A stretch of 63,988 nucleotides of DNA, filler included, from Octopus bimaculoides (taxonomy: Eukaryota): the NCBI RefSeq assembly GCF_001194135.2. It is 8 parts of 7 records of this genome, joined end to end, with 100 filler letters (N's around TTAATTAATTAA, not from the genome) between each part and the next. Parts side by side here need not be neighbours in the genome. Positions count along the whole stretch, not along the records: positions 1 to 14,121 come from NC_068997.1; positions 14,222 to 37,302 come from NC_068982.1; 6 more parts are not named here. The stretch is one strand, 5' to 3'. The notes beneath the pieces are model-generated. The model had not been told where the DNA came from. It ran no database searches and saw only the letters and a list, made by a program, of their open reading frames with translations. Both the position numbers and the translations under genes were made by a program. The number at the start of each line of letters is the position of its first letter. Positions within the stretch are counted from its first letter, which is position 1. Shown one piece after another: positions 12,135 to 23,290 of the stretch.

Positions 12135-12330
12135 CTATGCGGTTGATCGATCTGCTAGAAAAAGTAACTAAATGCCACCTTCAGACCACACATTAGCATA
12201 TTTAAACAGGAACGATATAATTTTGAAAATATTTCTTGATGCATCGCCTGAAAATACGATAAAATGTTCATAGTTGGAAGGGTTTGATCATGGATTCCTG
12301 TAATTAGCGGTTATAATCTAAAACAGCAGC
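12135..12330 (+). mobile_element. decayed interspersed repeat, family E (core like gctagaaatagcagccaaatctccctcaaat)
   Basis: A similar degenerate core recurs near 14010, 40430, 44620, 45120, 46040, 50990 and 62100. Class unknown. Confidence 0.4.
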
Positions 12331-12454
12331 ATGAATAATCAGTTTTTCTTTTGCGAGTAGAAGTAGTTATCCGTTATTTCTTGTACAAAGTAGAAGTTCG
12401 AATCCAGTTAATGTTTAATATTTCGAATTCTAATTCTCTTTTTTCTTTCTTTTA

Positions 12455-12890
12455 TTTTATTCAGTCATGAAACTGCAGCCGTGCTGGGGCATCGCCTTAA
12501 AATCTTTTGCTGAACCATTAAGTTACAGGAATATAAATACACTACACGGTTGCGAAGCAGTGGTGATGGCCACACACACACACACACACACACNNNNNNN
12601 NNNNNNNNNNNNNNNNNNNNNNNNNNNNNNNNNNNNNNNNNNNNNNNNNNNNNNNNNNNNNNNNNNNNNNNNNNNNNNNNNNNNNNNNNNNNNNNNNNNN
12701 NNNNNNNNNNNNNNNNNNNNNNNNNNNNNNNNNNNNNNNNNNNNNNNNNNNNNNNNNNNNNNNNNNNNNNNNNNNNNNNNNNNNNNNNNNNNNNNNNNNN
12801 NNNNNNNNNNNNNNNNNNNNNNNNNNNNNNNNNNNNNNNNNNNNNNNATATATATATATATAAACGAAGGGCTTCCTCCAGTTTCCGTCT
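12455..12890 (-). mobile_element. decayed family-A SINE spanning a gap
   Basis: ttcagtcatgaaactgcagccgtgctggggcatcgcc before the gap and gggcttcctccagtttccgtcta after it. Confidence 0.7.
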
Positions 12891-13844
12891 AGAAATTTTT
12901 CCTTTCATCATCTTCAATGTAAAGCATAGTAACATGCTGTGAAGGTTCGCATCTCGTTTAAACGTTCGTATTCTATACTATTTCTCATACCATCATATGT
13001 TAGCGCGTGTTTTTATATTTTATATCTCAGTGATACAGCTCAATTATATTTACGTTATTAGCAATTTTAAGTCAAGGTTAAGTGCTTTAAAGTTATGTAT
13101 AAACCATAAGTGTACAGGCGAAATGAAATTAAATAGAAACCTTTTACAGATGCTCTTTTTCTCCTAATCTGGGTATATTCAGTAACGAATTTTCACCCGA
13201 GAAATTAATAGCTGGCCTGGCTTTGTTTGACATGAAGGAAATCAAAATATGTTATGCAGTAGAACTTTTCTACTACGCATCCTGGTCCATCACCAACGAA
13301 CAGCTGAAGGATTTCTACAATCAGAAACGGCGTTTATTACAATTTTTGATTATAAATAGCCTTTTAATGTGGTTTGAAGTTGGGTCGAAAATCGGCTCGT
13401 ATATACAAATATTAAAAGGTCCTTCACAAAATATAGGACATTAACAAGTAATGTTAGATATTTAGTGGCAGACATTGTAAAATTTCTATACGCGAGCCGA
13501 TTTTTCCGTAATAAGCGGACATACAGAAGACAATTTAATTATCATTACTCCAATATATTTACTCTAATTTCCTCCTTCACATAGTAATAAAGAGGTCATG
13601 TATCATACAAGCGATTTCATTCCTGCCTTCAGGAAATTCACTATAGTAATAATTTTCTTTAGTATTAGTTCTTGATCCCTTTTGTACGCGTAGCCTTTTC
13701 TATATTCATGGAACTAATACTTTTGTAACGGGACAGCTTCCACCAATACTGTATGCTCTGTACATTTAATAAACTGATATGTGCATCGAAACAGACTTTG
13801 ATGTTTTCTGGGTTCTGGCTGTTTTCTAATCTATCTACCCATCT

Positions 13845-13875
<31 letters not shown>

Positions 13876-13936
13876 TATGTATCTATCTATCTCTCTATCT
13901 TCTCTCTCTGTATGTATATAATATAAATAATTTATA

Positions 13937-13972
<36 letters not shown>

Positions 13973-14121
13973 GTGAGTACATTTAAACACATAAGAAGTA
14001 TCCATCAAAGGATTCCTTGCACGCTAGAAGGAACAGCTAAAATCCAAACTACTATTAGGGATAAATTTCGAAGGGAATATGTTTAAATGTGCACTGTATT
14101 TATATGAATAATATATAGTCT

Positions 14122-14221
14122 NNNNNNNNNNNNNNNNNNNNNNNNNNNNNNNNNNNNNNNNNNNNTTAATTAATTAANNNNNNNNNNNNNNNNNNNNNNN
14201 NNNNNNNNNNNNNNNNNNNNN
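14122..14221. other. artificial scaffold join (44N-TTAATTAATTAA-44N)
   Basis: Exactly 100 nt; the central 12-mer places a stop in all six frames. Repeated identically seven times in the window. Confidence 0.95.
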
Positions 14222-14769
14222 ATATATATATATAAAATAAAAAGTTTTGAATGATACAACAAATGCACTATAATACAAAAAATGGAATATATACCTCTTG
14301 TAATTTAGTTATCCATAGTCCGATGATATTTCAGAATACAATTCCTTCTTCAGATATTCTTAGTTGGAGTCATATCATCGGACTATGGATAACTAAATTA
14401 CAACAGGTATATAGTCCATTTTTTGTATTATAGTGCATCGGTGTACCATTCAAAACTTTTTATTCTTTACAAACAATACACAATGCTTCAAGCAAACTAC
14501 AATACTCTCCTATATATATATATATATTATTTTTAAACAAGAATTTTGTTTGAGAATAATAAATTTGTACTCTAAATAAGTGTAGAGTAACCTATCAGAT
14601 TAATATAGAATTGTTTTATTATAACTGAACAGAACTGAACATGATTACATTGTTCAATTAAATGGAGCCACTTGAAATGGTCATACTGCATTACTACTTG
14701 AAATACTGTTACTTATTTTGATTTTATATATATGTATGTATATATAAGTGTGTGTGTGTGTGTGTGTGC

Positions 14770-15135
14770 ATATGAGTTCCTTTCGAGCATTGGGCCTCAC
14801 AGAGGCAAAGTAGCTGAGGTCCTTTTGAGTGTTGGGTCTTATGGAGGCAATGACTAAGACCTTTTGCATTATGTTGTGCTTGAGAAGAAGACCCATCAAG
14901 TTGAGCAAAATCACATTCATGGCAGACACTGGTGTCACGCAAATGGCACCAATGCCAGTGGCACGTAAAATCAGCCATTACACTCTCAGAGTGGTTGGCG
15001 TTAAGAAGGGCATCAAGCCACAGAAAACCATGCCAAATCAGACTGGAGCCTGGTGCAGCCTTCCAGAGTGCCAGCCCAGTCAAACCATCCAACCCATACC
15101 AGCATGGATAATGGACGTTAAATGATGATGATGAT
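14770..15135 (+). mobile_element. family-B repeat: LINE 3' end (RTE-like, inferred) with (GAT)n tail
   Basis: gtggttggcgttaagaagggcatc...cagactggagcctggtgcagcc...aacccataccagcatgga..ggacgttaaatgatgatg. The upstream part resembles the last ORF2 codons (GLTEA..AVLEK). Confidence 0.75.
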
Positions 15136-15232
15136 GATGATGAAGATGATGACGACGACGACGATGACGACGATGATGATGATAACGATGATGATGAGGA
15201 TGATGATGATGATGACGACGACGACGACGACC
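15122..15232. repeat. (GAT/GAC)n tail microsatellite
   Basis: Direct reading. Confidence 0.95.
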
Positions 15233-15753
15233 TCTGAGATATGACAATAGCTCTTCATACTGTAGTTGGTGGTATTCTTGCTATTATTATTGTCATCAGT
15301 GTTAGCATTGGGGCTAGTATTGTTGTTGTTGTTGTTGTTGTTACTGTTATGGTCTTTACTATTAAGTCTACAGTGCTCCCAGGTTAGCTTTTTACTTTGT
15401 CTTCTCTCTATTATGTATAGCTGTGTACAGTTGTATGTATGAGTGTCTATCTGCATTTGCCTAAATATGTAGGAGAGGGCATGACCTCCACCACCCTCTT
15501 CATATCAATCTTTCTATCTATTATCTACTCCATCCTACTGCCCCTGTTATCCTGTATTCTGTCACTCCATTTGCATAGTAAATAATTTGCTTAGTAAGGA
15601 TATGTATTCAGCAAAGCTAACACTGTACTTTGTATTTCTTACCAAGAACACTGAAGAAGTGAATCAATAAGATTATGTCATTTCACCAAATAATTGTGTA
15701 ATCTTGTCAGTTGATTTACCAAAACATGTGCATATATTATAAAGTTTAAAATA

Positions 15754-15829
<76 letters not shown>

Positions 15830-16385
15830 NNNNNNNNNNNNNNNNNNNNNNNNNNNNNNNNNNNNNNNNNNNNNNNNNNNNNNNNNNNNNNNNNNNNNNN
15901 NNNNNNNNNNNNNNNNNNNNNNNNNNNNNNNNNNNNNNNNNNNNNNNNNNNNNNNNNNNNNNNNNNNNNNNNNNNNNNNNNNNNNNNNNNNNNNNNNNNN
16001 NNNNNNNNNNNNNNNNNNNNNNNNNNNNNNNNNNNNNNNNNNNNNNNNNNNNNNNNNNNNNNNNNNNNNNNNNAGATAGAAAAACATGGAGCTATGCTGT
16101 AACTCTATCACTTCTGACTGGAATTTAAAAATTCTCTTGTTTTTATAGAGAGAACATGGCTCAAATTAGTATCTGTTTTGGATATGTTTTGATTGGCAGA
16201 GGATGATCATGTGATTAGGTTCAGAAATTTGTGTAAGTTCCCAGTCTGTTCTTTAATGTTATGTCACAATATGTAAGTTAAAGCCGAGTTAATATGTCTA
16301 GTAAAAATCCCAAAGAATGAAAGCTATCTGAAATTTACCTCTCAAACATGGTAGAGGAAAATCTTCATGCGATCTTCGACCATAT

Positions 16386-16426
<41 letters not shown>

Positions 16427-16539
16427 CCATGTGTATCTTTACCTTGACACTGTAAATGAGTGTCGACATCATAGAAACATCATAGAAATAGAGTTGTTCA
16501 CTTCCAATCTTCAGTAAAAATCATGTCAATCATGGAAAA

Positions 16540-16670
16540 ATATTACCTTACCTGGAAACAAGAGTGAAAGCTGGCAATGAGAAGGGCATCCAACAGTGAA
16601 AATATCTGCTTCAACAATTTCCATCTGAGCAATGCAAACCTGGAAAAGTGCACATTAAAATGATGATCAT
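16540..16670 (+). mobile_element. family-B-related 3' fragment
   Basis: gaagggcatcc..gaaaatatctgc..atgcaaacctggaaaagtgcacattaaaatgatgat; a similar fragment lies at 18020-18135. Confidence 0.55.
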
Positions 16671-16697
16671 TGACGATATATACATATGTATGCATGC

Positions 16698-16738
<41 letters not shown>

Positions 16739-16771
16739 CTCACATTAGATATGACAAATACATTTAAAAAT

Positions 16772-17314
16772 TTAGTCTTTCTGGAAACTTCCATTCACTT
16801 TTATTGATGTAGCATAGTGAGTTTTCAAACCTTTTCGCTTGGCTGGGAATTCTCTGTACACCAAACATACTGTGCAAAAAATAAATATAGTTTCGACCTT
16901 TCCCCAATAACTGTCTTATTTCTTTATGCTCTAAAATCTTCTAACCCATTCAGAAAAATAATCAATAAATTTCTCATTTTTCACATTGGCTACCAAACAC
17001 CTCTCAACCAACGGCAATTTAGAATCTGTCATAATATAATGCTACAAACTATATGGGAGCTTTCTATATCTCTCTTCTCTGGTACCATGAGAAAAGGAAA
17101 AAAAATTCCTATTATACACTGCAAGGCCATATAATTTGCTTGTGGGCACAACCCATAGCCAAAGTATATATATATCAATCCCTTGTGCTTATTTTCCTGA
17201 ACCTGGAAAAAATGAAAATAAACAACAATTTTGATGCAATTTCAACTCACAGTATGGAAGGATGTAACCAAATCCAGCAAGGTATTTGGCATAGTGCTTT
17301 ATTATTTCTGGTAT
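16772..17314 (-). pseudogene. unidentified decayed coding-like frame
   Basis: About 180 codons with only four internal stops in ~33% GC DNA (..HGTREERYRKLPYSL*HYIMTDSKLPLVERCLVANVKNEKFIDYFSEWVRRF*..), shadowed by two antisense ORFs. Family not recognised. Confidence 0.3.
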
Positions 17315-17560
17315 TCATTACCCTAAAATGACATCGATGTTGTTTTCCTTATTTTTGCTTAGGACATCTGTATTAGATAGAAAGGGTTTACTTGATCAAA
17401 CCAACCAACTACTTTACTGATATCTTTTTTATTTTTTTAATTAGATCCTGAACTGTCATTGGTTGCATTTCAAGTGAAGTGAAGGGCAGAAATTTATCAA
17501 TTTTCTGCTAAGTATTTTATATGAAGGTCAAGAATTTCTGCCATCCACAGCCCTTATTCT

Positions 17561-17682
17561 AGGAGGAGGAGGAGGAGGAGAAGAAGAAGAAGAAGAAGAA
17601 GAAGAAGAAGAAGAAGAAGAAGAAGAAGAAGAAGAAGAAGAAGAAGAAGAAGAAGAAGAAGAAGAAGAAGAAGAAGAAGAAG

Positions 17683-17729
<47 letters not shown>
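17561..17729. repeat. compound (GGA)n-(AGA)n-(ACA)n microsatellite
   Basis: Direct reading; source of the poly-L/V ORF 17554-17775. Confidence 0.95.
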
Positions 17730-17828
17730 GAATTTCTAGCATAGGCATGAAGTCAGATATTTGGGTGTAGGACACAATCTATTTTATTTGATTCCCAATA
17801 TTTGAATTAGACTTTATTTTATTGACCC

Positions 17829-17940
17829 ACTAGAAGGATGAAAGGTAAAGTTGACTGTAGCAGAATTTGAACTCAGAACACAAAGCATCAGACCAAGACT
17901 GCAAGGCATTTGTCTGACATTCTAATAATTCTGCCAATGA
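17829..17940 (-). mobile_element. family-D SINE fragment
   Basis: gaaggatgaaaggtaaagttgac..gcagaatttgaactcagaac matches minus-strand family D. Confidence 0.7.
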
Positions 17941-18145
17941 ATAATAATAGGTTTCTAAATTTATTTTGCCAGAAAGATAATCCAAAAATAAAACATAATA
18001 GATTGAAAGATAAAACCAAGTGAGGATTGTTGATAGGAAAGCATCTGACCGTAGAAAATCTGACTTAACAAATTCCATCCAACAAGCACAGAAAAGTGAT
18101 GCAAGCATGGAAAAGTGGACAATAAAATGATAATACATTATTTAC

Positions 18146-18421
18146 ATTATCATTTTACAGTTCTATATTTAAGAGATGAGGAATTATTTACATTATTTAC
18201 ATTATCTACATTTGACGGATATTCGTCCTCATCTTGTTTGTTGTTAACACGTTTCGGCTGATATACCCTCCAGCCTTTGTCAGGTGTCTTGGGGAAATTT
18301 CGAACCTGGGTTCTCATTCCTATCGATGTTACTATTATTATTATTATTATATTATTATTATTATTATTATTAATCAGGTCGCTGCCATGAATCGAACTCG
18401 GAACCTTGGGGTTAGTAGCCC
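18146..18421 (-). mobile_element. tRNA-headed element with hammerhead-ribozyme motif, left arm of inverted pair
   Basis: Minus strand reads gggctactaaccccaaggttccgagttcgattc (anticodon arm plus B box), (TAA)n, then gacac-ctgacaa-a-ggctg..cagcc-gaaa-c-gtgtt. Confidence 0.7.
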
Positions 18422-18575
18422 NNNNNNNNNNNNNNNNNNNNNNNNNNNNNNNNNNNNNNNNNNNNNNNNNNNNNNNNNNNNNNNNNNNNNNNNNNNNNNN
18501 NNNNNNNNNNNNNNNNNNNNNNNNNNNNNNNNNNNNNNNNNNNNNNNNNNNNNNNNNNNNNNNNNNNNNNNNNNN

Positions 18576-18619
18576 CTACTAACCCCAAGGTTCCGAGTTC
18601 GATTCACGGCAGCGACCTG

Positions 18620-18650
<31 letters not shown>

Positions 18651-18840
18651 GTAACATCGATAGGAATGAGAACCCAGGTTCGCAATTTCCCCAAGACACC
18701 TGACAAAGGCTGGAGGGTATATCAGCCGAAACATTGTGTTAACAACAAACAAGATGAGGACGAATATCCGTCAAATGTAGATAATGTAAATAATGTAAAT
18801 AATTCCTCATCTCTTAAATATAGAACTGTAAAATGATAAT
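18576..18840 (+). mobile_element. tRNA-headed element with hammerhead-ribozyme motif, right arm of inverted pair
   Basis: Reverse complement of 18146-18421 with a few substitutions/indels and a different (TAA)n length. Confidence 0.7.
18695..18740 (+). ncRNA. degenerate type I hammerhead ribozyme (core CUGACAA instead of CUGANGA)
   Basis: Stem I gacac/gtgtt, perfect 5-bp stem II ggctg/cagcc, then GAAA. G8 is replaced by A and stem III is damaged, so probably inactive. Mirror copy at 18246-18290 on the minus strand. Confidence 0.55.
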
Positions 18841-18934
18841 AGTGCATACACACGTATATGTGAGTATGTGCGTGTAGGTACACATTCATGCATGCACATA
18901 CACACACACACACATCATCATCATCATCATTATT

Positions 18935-18959
<25 letters not shown>

Positions 18960-18972
<13 letters not shown>

Positions 18973-19270
18973 TTAACGTCCGCTTTCCATGCTAGCTTGG
19001 GTTGGACGATTTGACTGAGGACTGGCCTTCGTGTGGGTGACACGTAAAAGCACCCACTACACTCTCTGAGTGGTTGGCGTTAGGAAGGGCATCCAACTGT
19101 AGAAACTCTGCCAAATCAGATTGGAGCCTGGTGTTGCCATCCGGTTTCACCAGTCCTCGAAAATCCTTACACATGTCACGGGCACAAGTGCCAGAAAGGC
19201 GACGCTGGGCACAGGTGCCATCCCAATTTCGTTTTCGCTTGCCCCAATAAGTCTTCACAAGCTGAGTTTC
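18960..19270 (-). mobile_element. family-B copy carrying an internal inversion
   Basis: Minus-strand tail and flanks surround a plus-oriented segment at ~19026-19149. Confidence 0.75.
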
Positions 19271-20951
19271 ATGTCCAATTATTTAACATTCAGTTACTAT
19301 GCTGGTATAACAAGAATGGTCAGACAGGAGTTGATGGGTCAGAGAGCTGTGCTGAGCTCCAATGTAAACTTTGGCATAGTTTAAATGGTTGCATGCCCTT
19401 TCTAAAACGGCCACTTAACAGAGTGTACTTGGTGCTTTTTATGTGCCACCGGCATTAGTGAAGTTGCCAAGTAATGTACAAGACAAGAAAAGAACAAGAA
19501 GAAAGTAAAAAAGGAAAAGGGAAATGTTACCTCAATTAGATCCTTTCTACCATAGGCACAAGGACTGAAATTAAAAAACATAAAAATAAACAAGCTTTTG
19601 ACGGTTTTATAGATAGAAATCATGATGCTATGATGCTAGGTGTTTCCATTATTTTATCCAACCCCTGTATGTATGTATATATATATATATATATATATAG
19701 GTATAAAACGAATAATAAATGAGTATATGCATATATACGTGCAGGTATGTGCATACCTACGTCTACCTGTATATATAGGTGCATATCTAGGTACAGGACA
19801 TTGCAAACAAAACGTAGCCAAGAAAATAATAATAACCAGAGTACAGAAAACACACAAGCCACATAGAGAACATTTTCCTTCATCAGTTACCCCCATTTTA
19901 ACACTGGCGTTTCGAAGAGTTGGGCAGGACGCATCGTTAAAACCGCTCTTCCCATGGACCGCAAATTAAATTTGTATACNNNNNNNNNNNNNNNNNNNNN
20001 NNNNNNNNNNNNNNNNNNNNNNNNNNNNNNNNNNNNNNNNNNNNNNNNNNNNNNNNNNNNNNNNNNNNNNNNNNNNNNNNNNNNNNNNNNNNNNNNNNNN
20101 NNNNNNNNNNNNNNNNNNNNNNNNNNNNNNNNNNNNNNNNNNNNNNNNNNNNNNNNNNNNNNNNNNNNNNNNNNNNNNNNNNNNNNNNNNNNNNNNNNNN
20201 NNNNNNNNNNNNNNNNNNNNNNNNNNNNNNNNNNNNNNNNNNNNNNNNNNNNNNNNNNNNNNNNNNNNNNNNNNNNNNNNNNNNNNNNNNNNNNNNNNNN
20301 NNNNNNNNNNNNNNNNNNNNNNNNNNNNNNNNNNNNNNNNNNNNNNNNNNNNNNNNNNNNNNNNNNNNNNNNNNNNNNNNNNNNNNNNNNNNNNNNNNNN
20401 NNNNNNNNNNNNNNNNNNNNNNNNNNNNNNNNNNNNNNNNNNNNNNNNNNNNNNNNNNNNNNNNNNNNNNNNNNNNNNNNNNNNNNNNNNNNNNNNNNNN
20501 NNNNNNNNNNNNNNNNNNNNNNNNNNNNNNNNNNNNNNNNNNNNNNNNNNNNNNNNNNNNNNNNNNNNNNNNNNNNNNNNNNNNNNNNNNNNNNNNNNNN
20601 NNNNNNNNNNNNNNNNNNNNNNNNNNNNNNNNNNNNNNNNNNNNNNNNNNNNNNNNNNNNNNNNNNNNNNNNNNNNNNNNNNNNNNNNNNNNNNNNNNNN
20701 NNNNNNNNNNNNNNNNNNNNNNNNNNNNNNNNNNNNNNNNNNNNNNNNNNNNNNNNNNNNNNNNNNNNNNNNNNNNNNNNNNNNNNNNNNNNNNNNNNNN
20801 NNNNNNNNNNNNNNNNNNNNNNNNNNNNNNNNNNNNNNNNNNNNNNNNNNNNNNNNNNNNNNNNNNNNNNNNNNNNNNNNNNNNNNNNNNNNNNNNNNNN
20901 NNNNNNNNNNNNNNNNNNNNNNNNNNNNNNNNNNNNNNNNNNNNNNNNNNN

Positions 20952-21004
<53 letters not shown>

Positions 21005-21664
21005 ATGTATGTATGTATTTATGTATGTATATATGTATGTATGTATGTATAATGTTGGTGGCTTATTAGCAATTTAAAAATCTAAAGGCAATTTATAGAC
21101 ATCACTAAAGTGACAGAGGGTACAAAGTGGTACCAGCATTGCTAGAAATAAGCACTATCTTCGTAAGTTGACATGAGAGACAAAGCTCCTTACGGTTGCA
21201 TATGTGTGTGTGTGTGTGTGTGTGTGTAGTGTTGAGCTGTTAGCTAAGACACCATTTGTGATGATTTAGTGACTGTCAGACTGTTGTGCAGAAAGTTCAA
21301 AACATTGTTCCAAAATGTTGATTTTACCTGATACATTGTTATTTCCGCCAATTCTAAGTGCTGAATTTTCACCAGACAAAGAACCCCATTAAATCAGACA
21401 CAGGTGTGAAAGAGGCTACTTATCTCTTTAGTCAATGAAATCTCTTTTTCACATTTGTCTAGTTCTTTACCATCCTTTCAAGGTTTATACACAATCTAGA
21501 TTTCGCACTTTGTAAGGAGATCGTTACAGTAGCAACAGGACTCCACTACAACACTATAAAAAGAAAGGGGAAAAACAACCAATTCTTTTTCATTTACTTC
21601 TTAATTTGTGTCTCAAATAAATAAACATAAAGGTACAAAGATAAATATTTTTCTGTAAATAATC

Positions 21665-21800
21665 TTTGCAACCATGTGGTCTGCCGTTCAGACTCTCTGC
21701 ATGACATCTTAGGCAAGTGTCCTTTTTTATAGCCCTGGTATGACTAATGCCTTGTGAGTGAATTTGGCAGATGGAAACTGTGGAGAAGCAGGTTGTATAT
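21665..21800 (+). mobile_element. family-A SINE, decayed 5' half
   Basis: caaccatgtgg..cttaggcaagtgtc..gccttgtgagtgaatttggcagatggaaactg. Confidence 0.7.
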
Positions 21801-22481
21801 ACATACCCAGAACCACGCTAATAGCTTAGGAGTGAAATTTAGGATTTCTTGATTTTCTGTGAATCAATTTTGATAAAAGTTTTCCCAGCTGGTTTGCACA
21901 CTATAGCAACACTATTGCTATGTTTTCCTTGTTTTGTGTACCGTTCTCTTTTTTTATTTCATATTCTTCAGTTTTTGAGTGAACCACGCTAATAGCTTTT
22001 GAATGAAAATAGCCTATCTAGACATCTTTTTTAAGAAAATGAAGGGTAATGATACATATTAAACATACATTGAGTATATATTTAACAGAACACCATGATT
22101 ATGCTGCAATATTATAACATTCATTAACATAATGAATTATTTAGCCACATGTGCACCATTTGGACAGATAACTTCAAAAACCCTATTAGTCATAGAATCT
22201 GTCTATTACATAATAGTAGCAGGTTGGGCTGCCTTTGCTGCAGCTTTCATGGTCGCCCATAAGACATCTTTCGACGTAAATTGACGTCCATCAGCATGGT
22301 TCACTCAAAAACTGAAGAATCTGAAATAAAACAGAAAGAACATTACACAGAATAATGAAAACATGACAACGATGTTGCCATAGTGTGGAAACCAGCTGGG
22401 AAAAGTTTTATCAAAATCAATTCTCAGAAAACTGAGAACTTCTAAGTTCACTTCTAAGCTATTAGCATGGTTCTGGGTGTA
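21799..22481 (-). mobile_element. non-autonomous Tc1-like element with ~190 bp IR/DR termini and a transposase C-terminal remnant
   Basis: Inverted arms at 21799-21998 and 22293-22481. Direct repeat aaccacgctaatagctt at 21811 and 21982. TA flanks. Minus-strand HADGRQFTSKDVLWATMKAAAK..TDSMTNRVFEVICPNGAHV* at ~22135-22300. Confidence 0.8.
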
Positions 22482-22502
22482 TATATATATATATATATAT
22501 AT

Positions 22503-22695
22503 ATACAAAGTGGGGTGAATAAACTGTCATCTAAATTACGCAAAAATGAAAATAACACTGACATTTCATTTTAACAGATATATTTACTAAAATTGCATAA
22601 AAATATCTTAAAATGCTAAAGAGGAAATTTATTCAATAAAATCGCCATTGGCTTCAACCACAGCCTCCAGACGACTTTGGAATCTCTTGCAACTC
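22503..22695 (-). mobile_element. 3' end of a second Tc1/mariner element
   Basis: Minus-strand CKRFQSRLEAVVEANGDFIE* (typical Tc1/mariner C-terminus); terminus tacaaagtgggg abuts a (TA)n run. Confidence 0.7.
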
Positions 22696-22699
22696 TTCT

Positions 22700-23073
22700 G
22701 AGTTGGCAGAGTCGGAATTATTAGCATGCTGGGCAAAATGTTTAGTGAGCATCTCATCTATTTTTTTATTTTGTGTTCAGATGCCACTGAGGTTGATAAA
22801 AGGAGGACCGGTTGTGCACTAGAATTGATACAATCAGCTCGCTTTCTCCTCTGAAACTAATAGCCTTGTGCCAAAATTTGAAATCAATATTAAGAACCCG
22901 AAAGGCAACAAGCTGGCTGAGACATTAGCACACAGGGCAATATGCTTAGTAGCATTTCGTCCATTTTTATGTTCTGAGTTCAAATGTTACTATGGTCAAC
23001 TTTGCCTTTTGTCCCTTCAATAAAATAAGTACTCTAAACTGTTGGTCTCATGCCAAAATTTGAAACCAATATT
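22700..23073 (+). mobile_element. two head-to-tail decayed family-D SINEs (22700-22891, 22905-23073)
   Basis: Both have a ttagca..gggcaa..atg.ttag head and a gccaaaatttgaaa.caatatt tail. Confidence 0.7.
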
Positions 23074-23168
23074 AGAAAGACTGACTGTGAGAGGAAATTA
23101 TAAAAATATAAAACACTTCTTTTATGCTTTTGATGTGTAGAAAAAAAGAGATAGGGAGATTCTCTAAT

Positions 23169-23290
23169 TCTATTCACAAGATATTGGTTAACCCAAGGAT
23201 ATAGTGGCAGAATCCTGCCAATAGAGCCATGTGGTGGGAATGAACTTGAAAATATGTGGTTGCAAAGTAAACTTTTTAACCACACAGCTA
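23169..23290 (-). mobile_element. family-A SINE head fragment
   Basis: atgtggttgcaaagtaaactttttaaccacacagc matches the family-A head on the minus strand. Confidence 0.6.

Noticed and set aside
13223-13444. ORF with faint RTE-like C-terminal pattern (FYYASWSIT..)
   Set aside because: Similarity is limited to a few residues; not supportable without a search.
13388-13505. 16-bp inverted repeat aaaatcggctcgtata / tatacgcgagccgatttt
   Set aside because: Single imperfect occurrence with no TSD or second copy in the window; too little to call an element.
16552-16639. Antisense exonisation of a family-B-related fragment (cttttccAG..CCAG|GTAAGG)
   Set aside because: The splice-like motifs appear to be part of the repeat itself, and no evidence of use can be seen in DNA alone.
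19870-19925. Minus-strand GAAA..CTGATGA in type II hammerhead order
   Set aside because: Stem III can form, but the bases that should make stem I (A against A) do not pair and stem II is only 3 bp. Probably part of an unclassified repeat.
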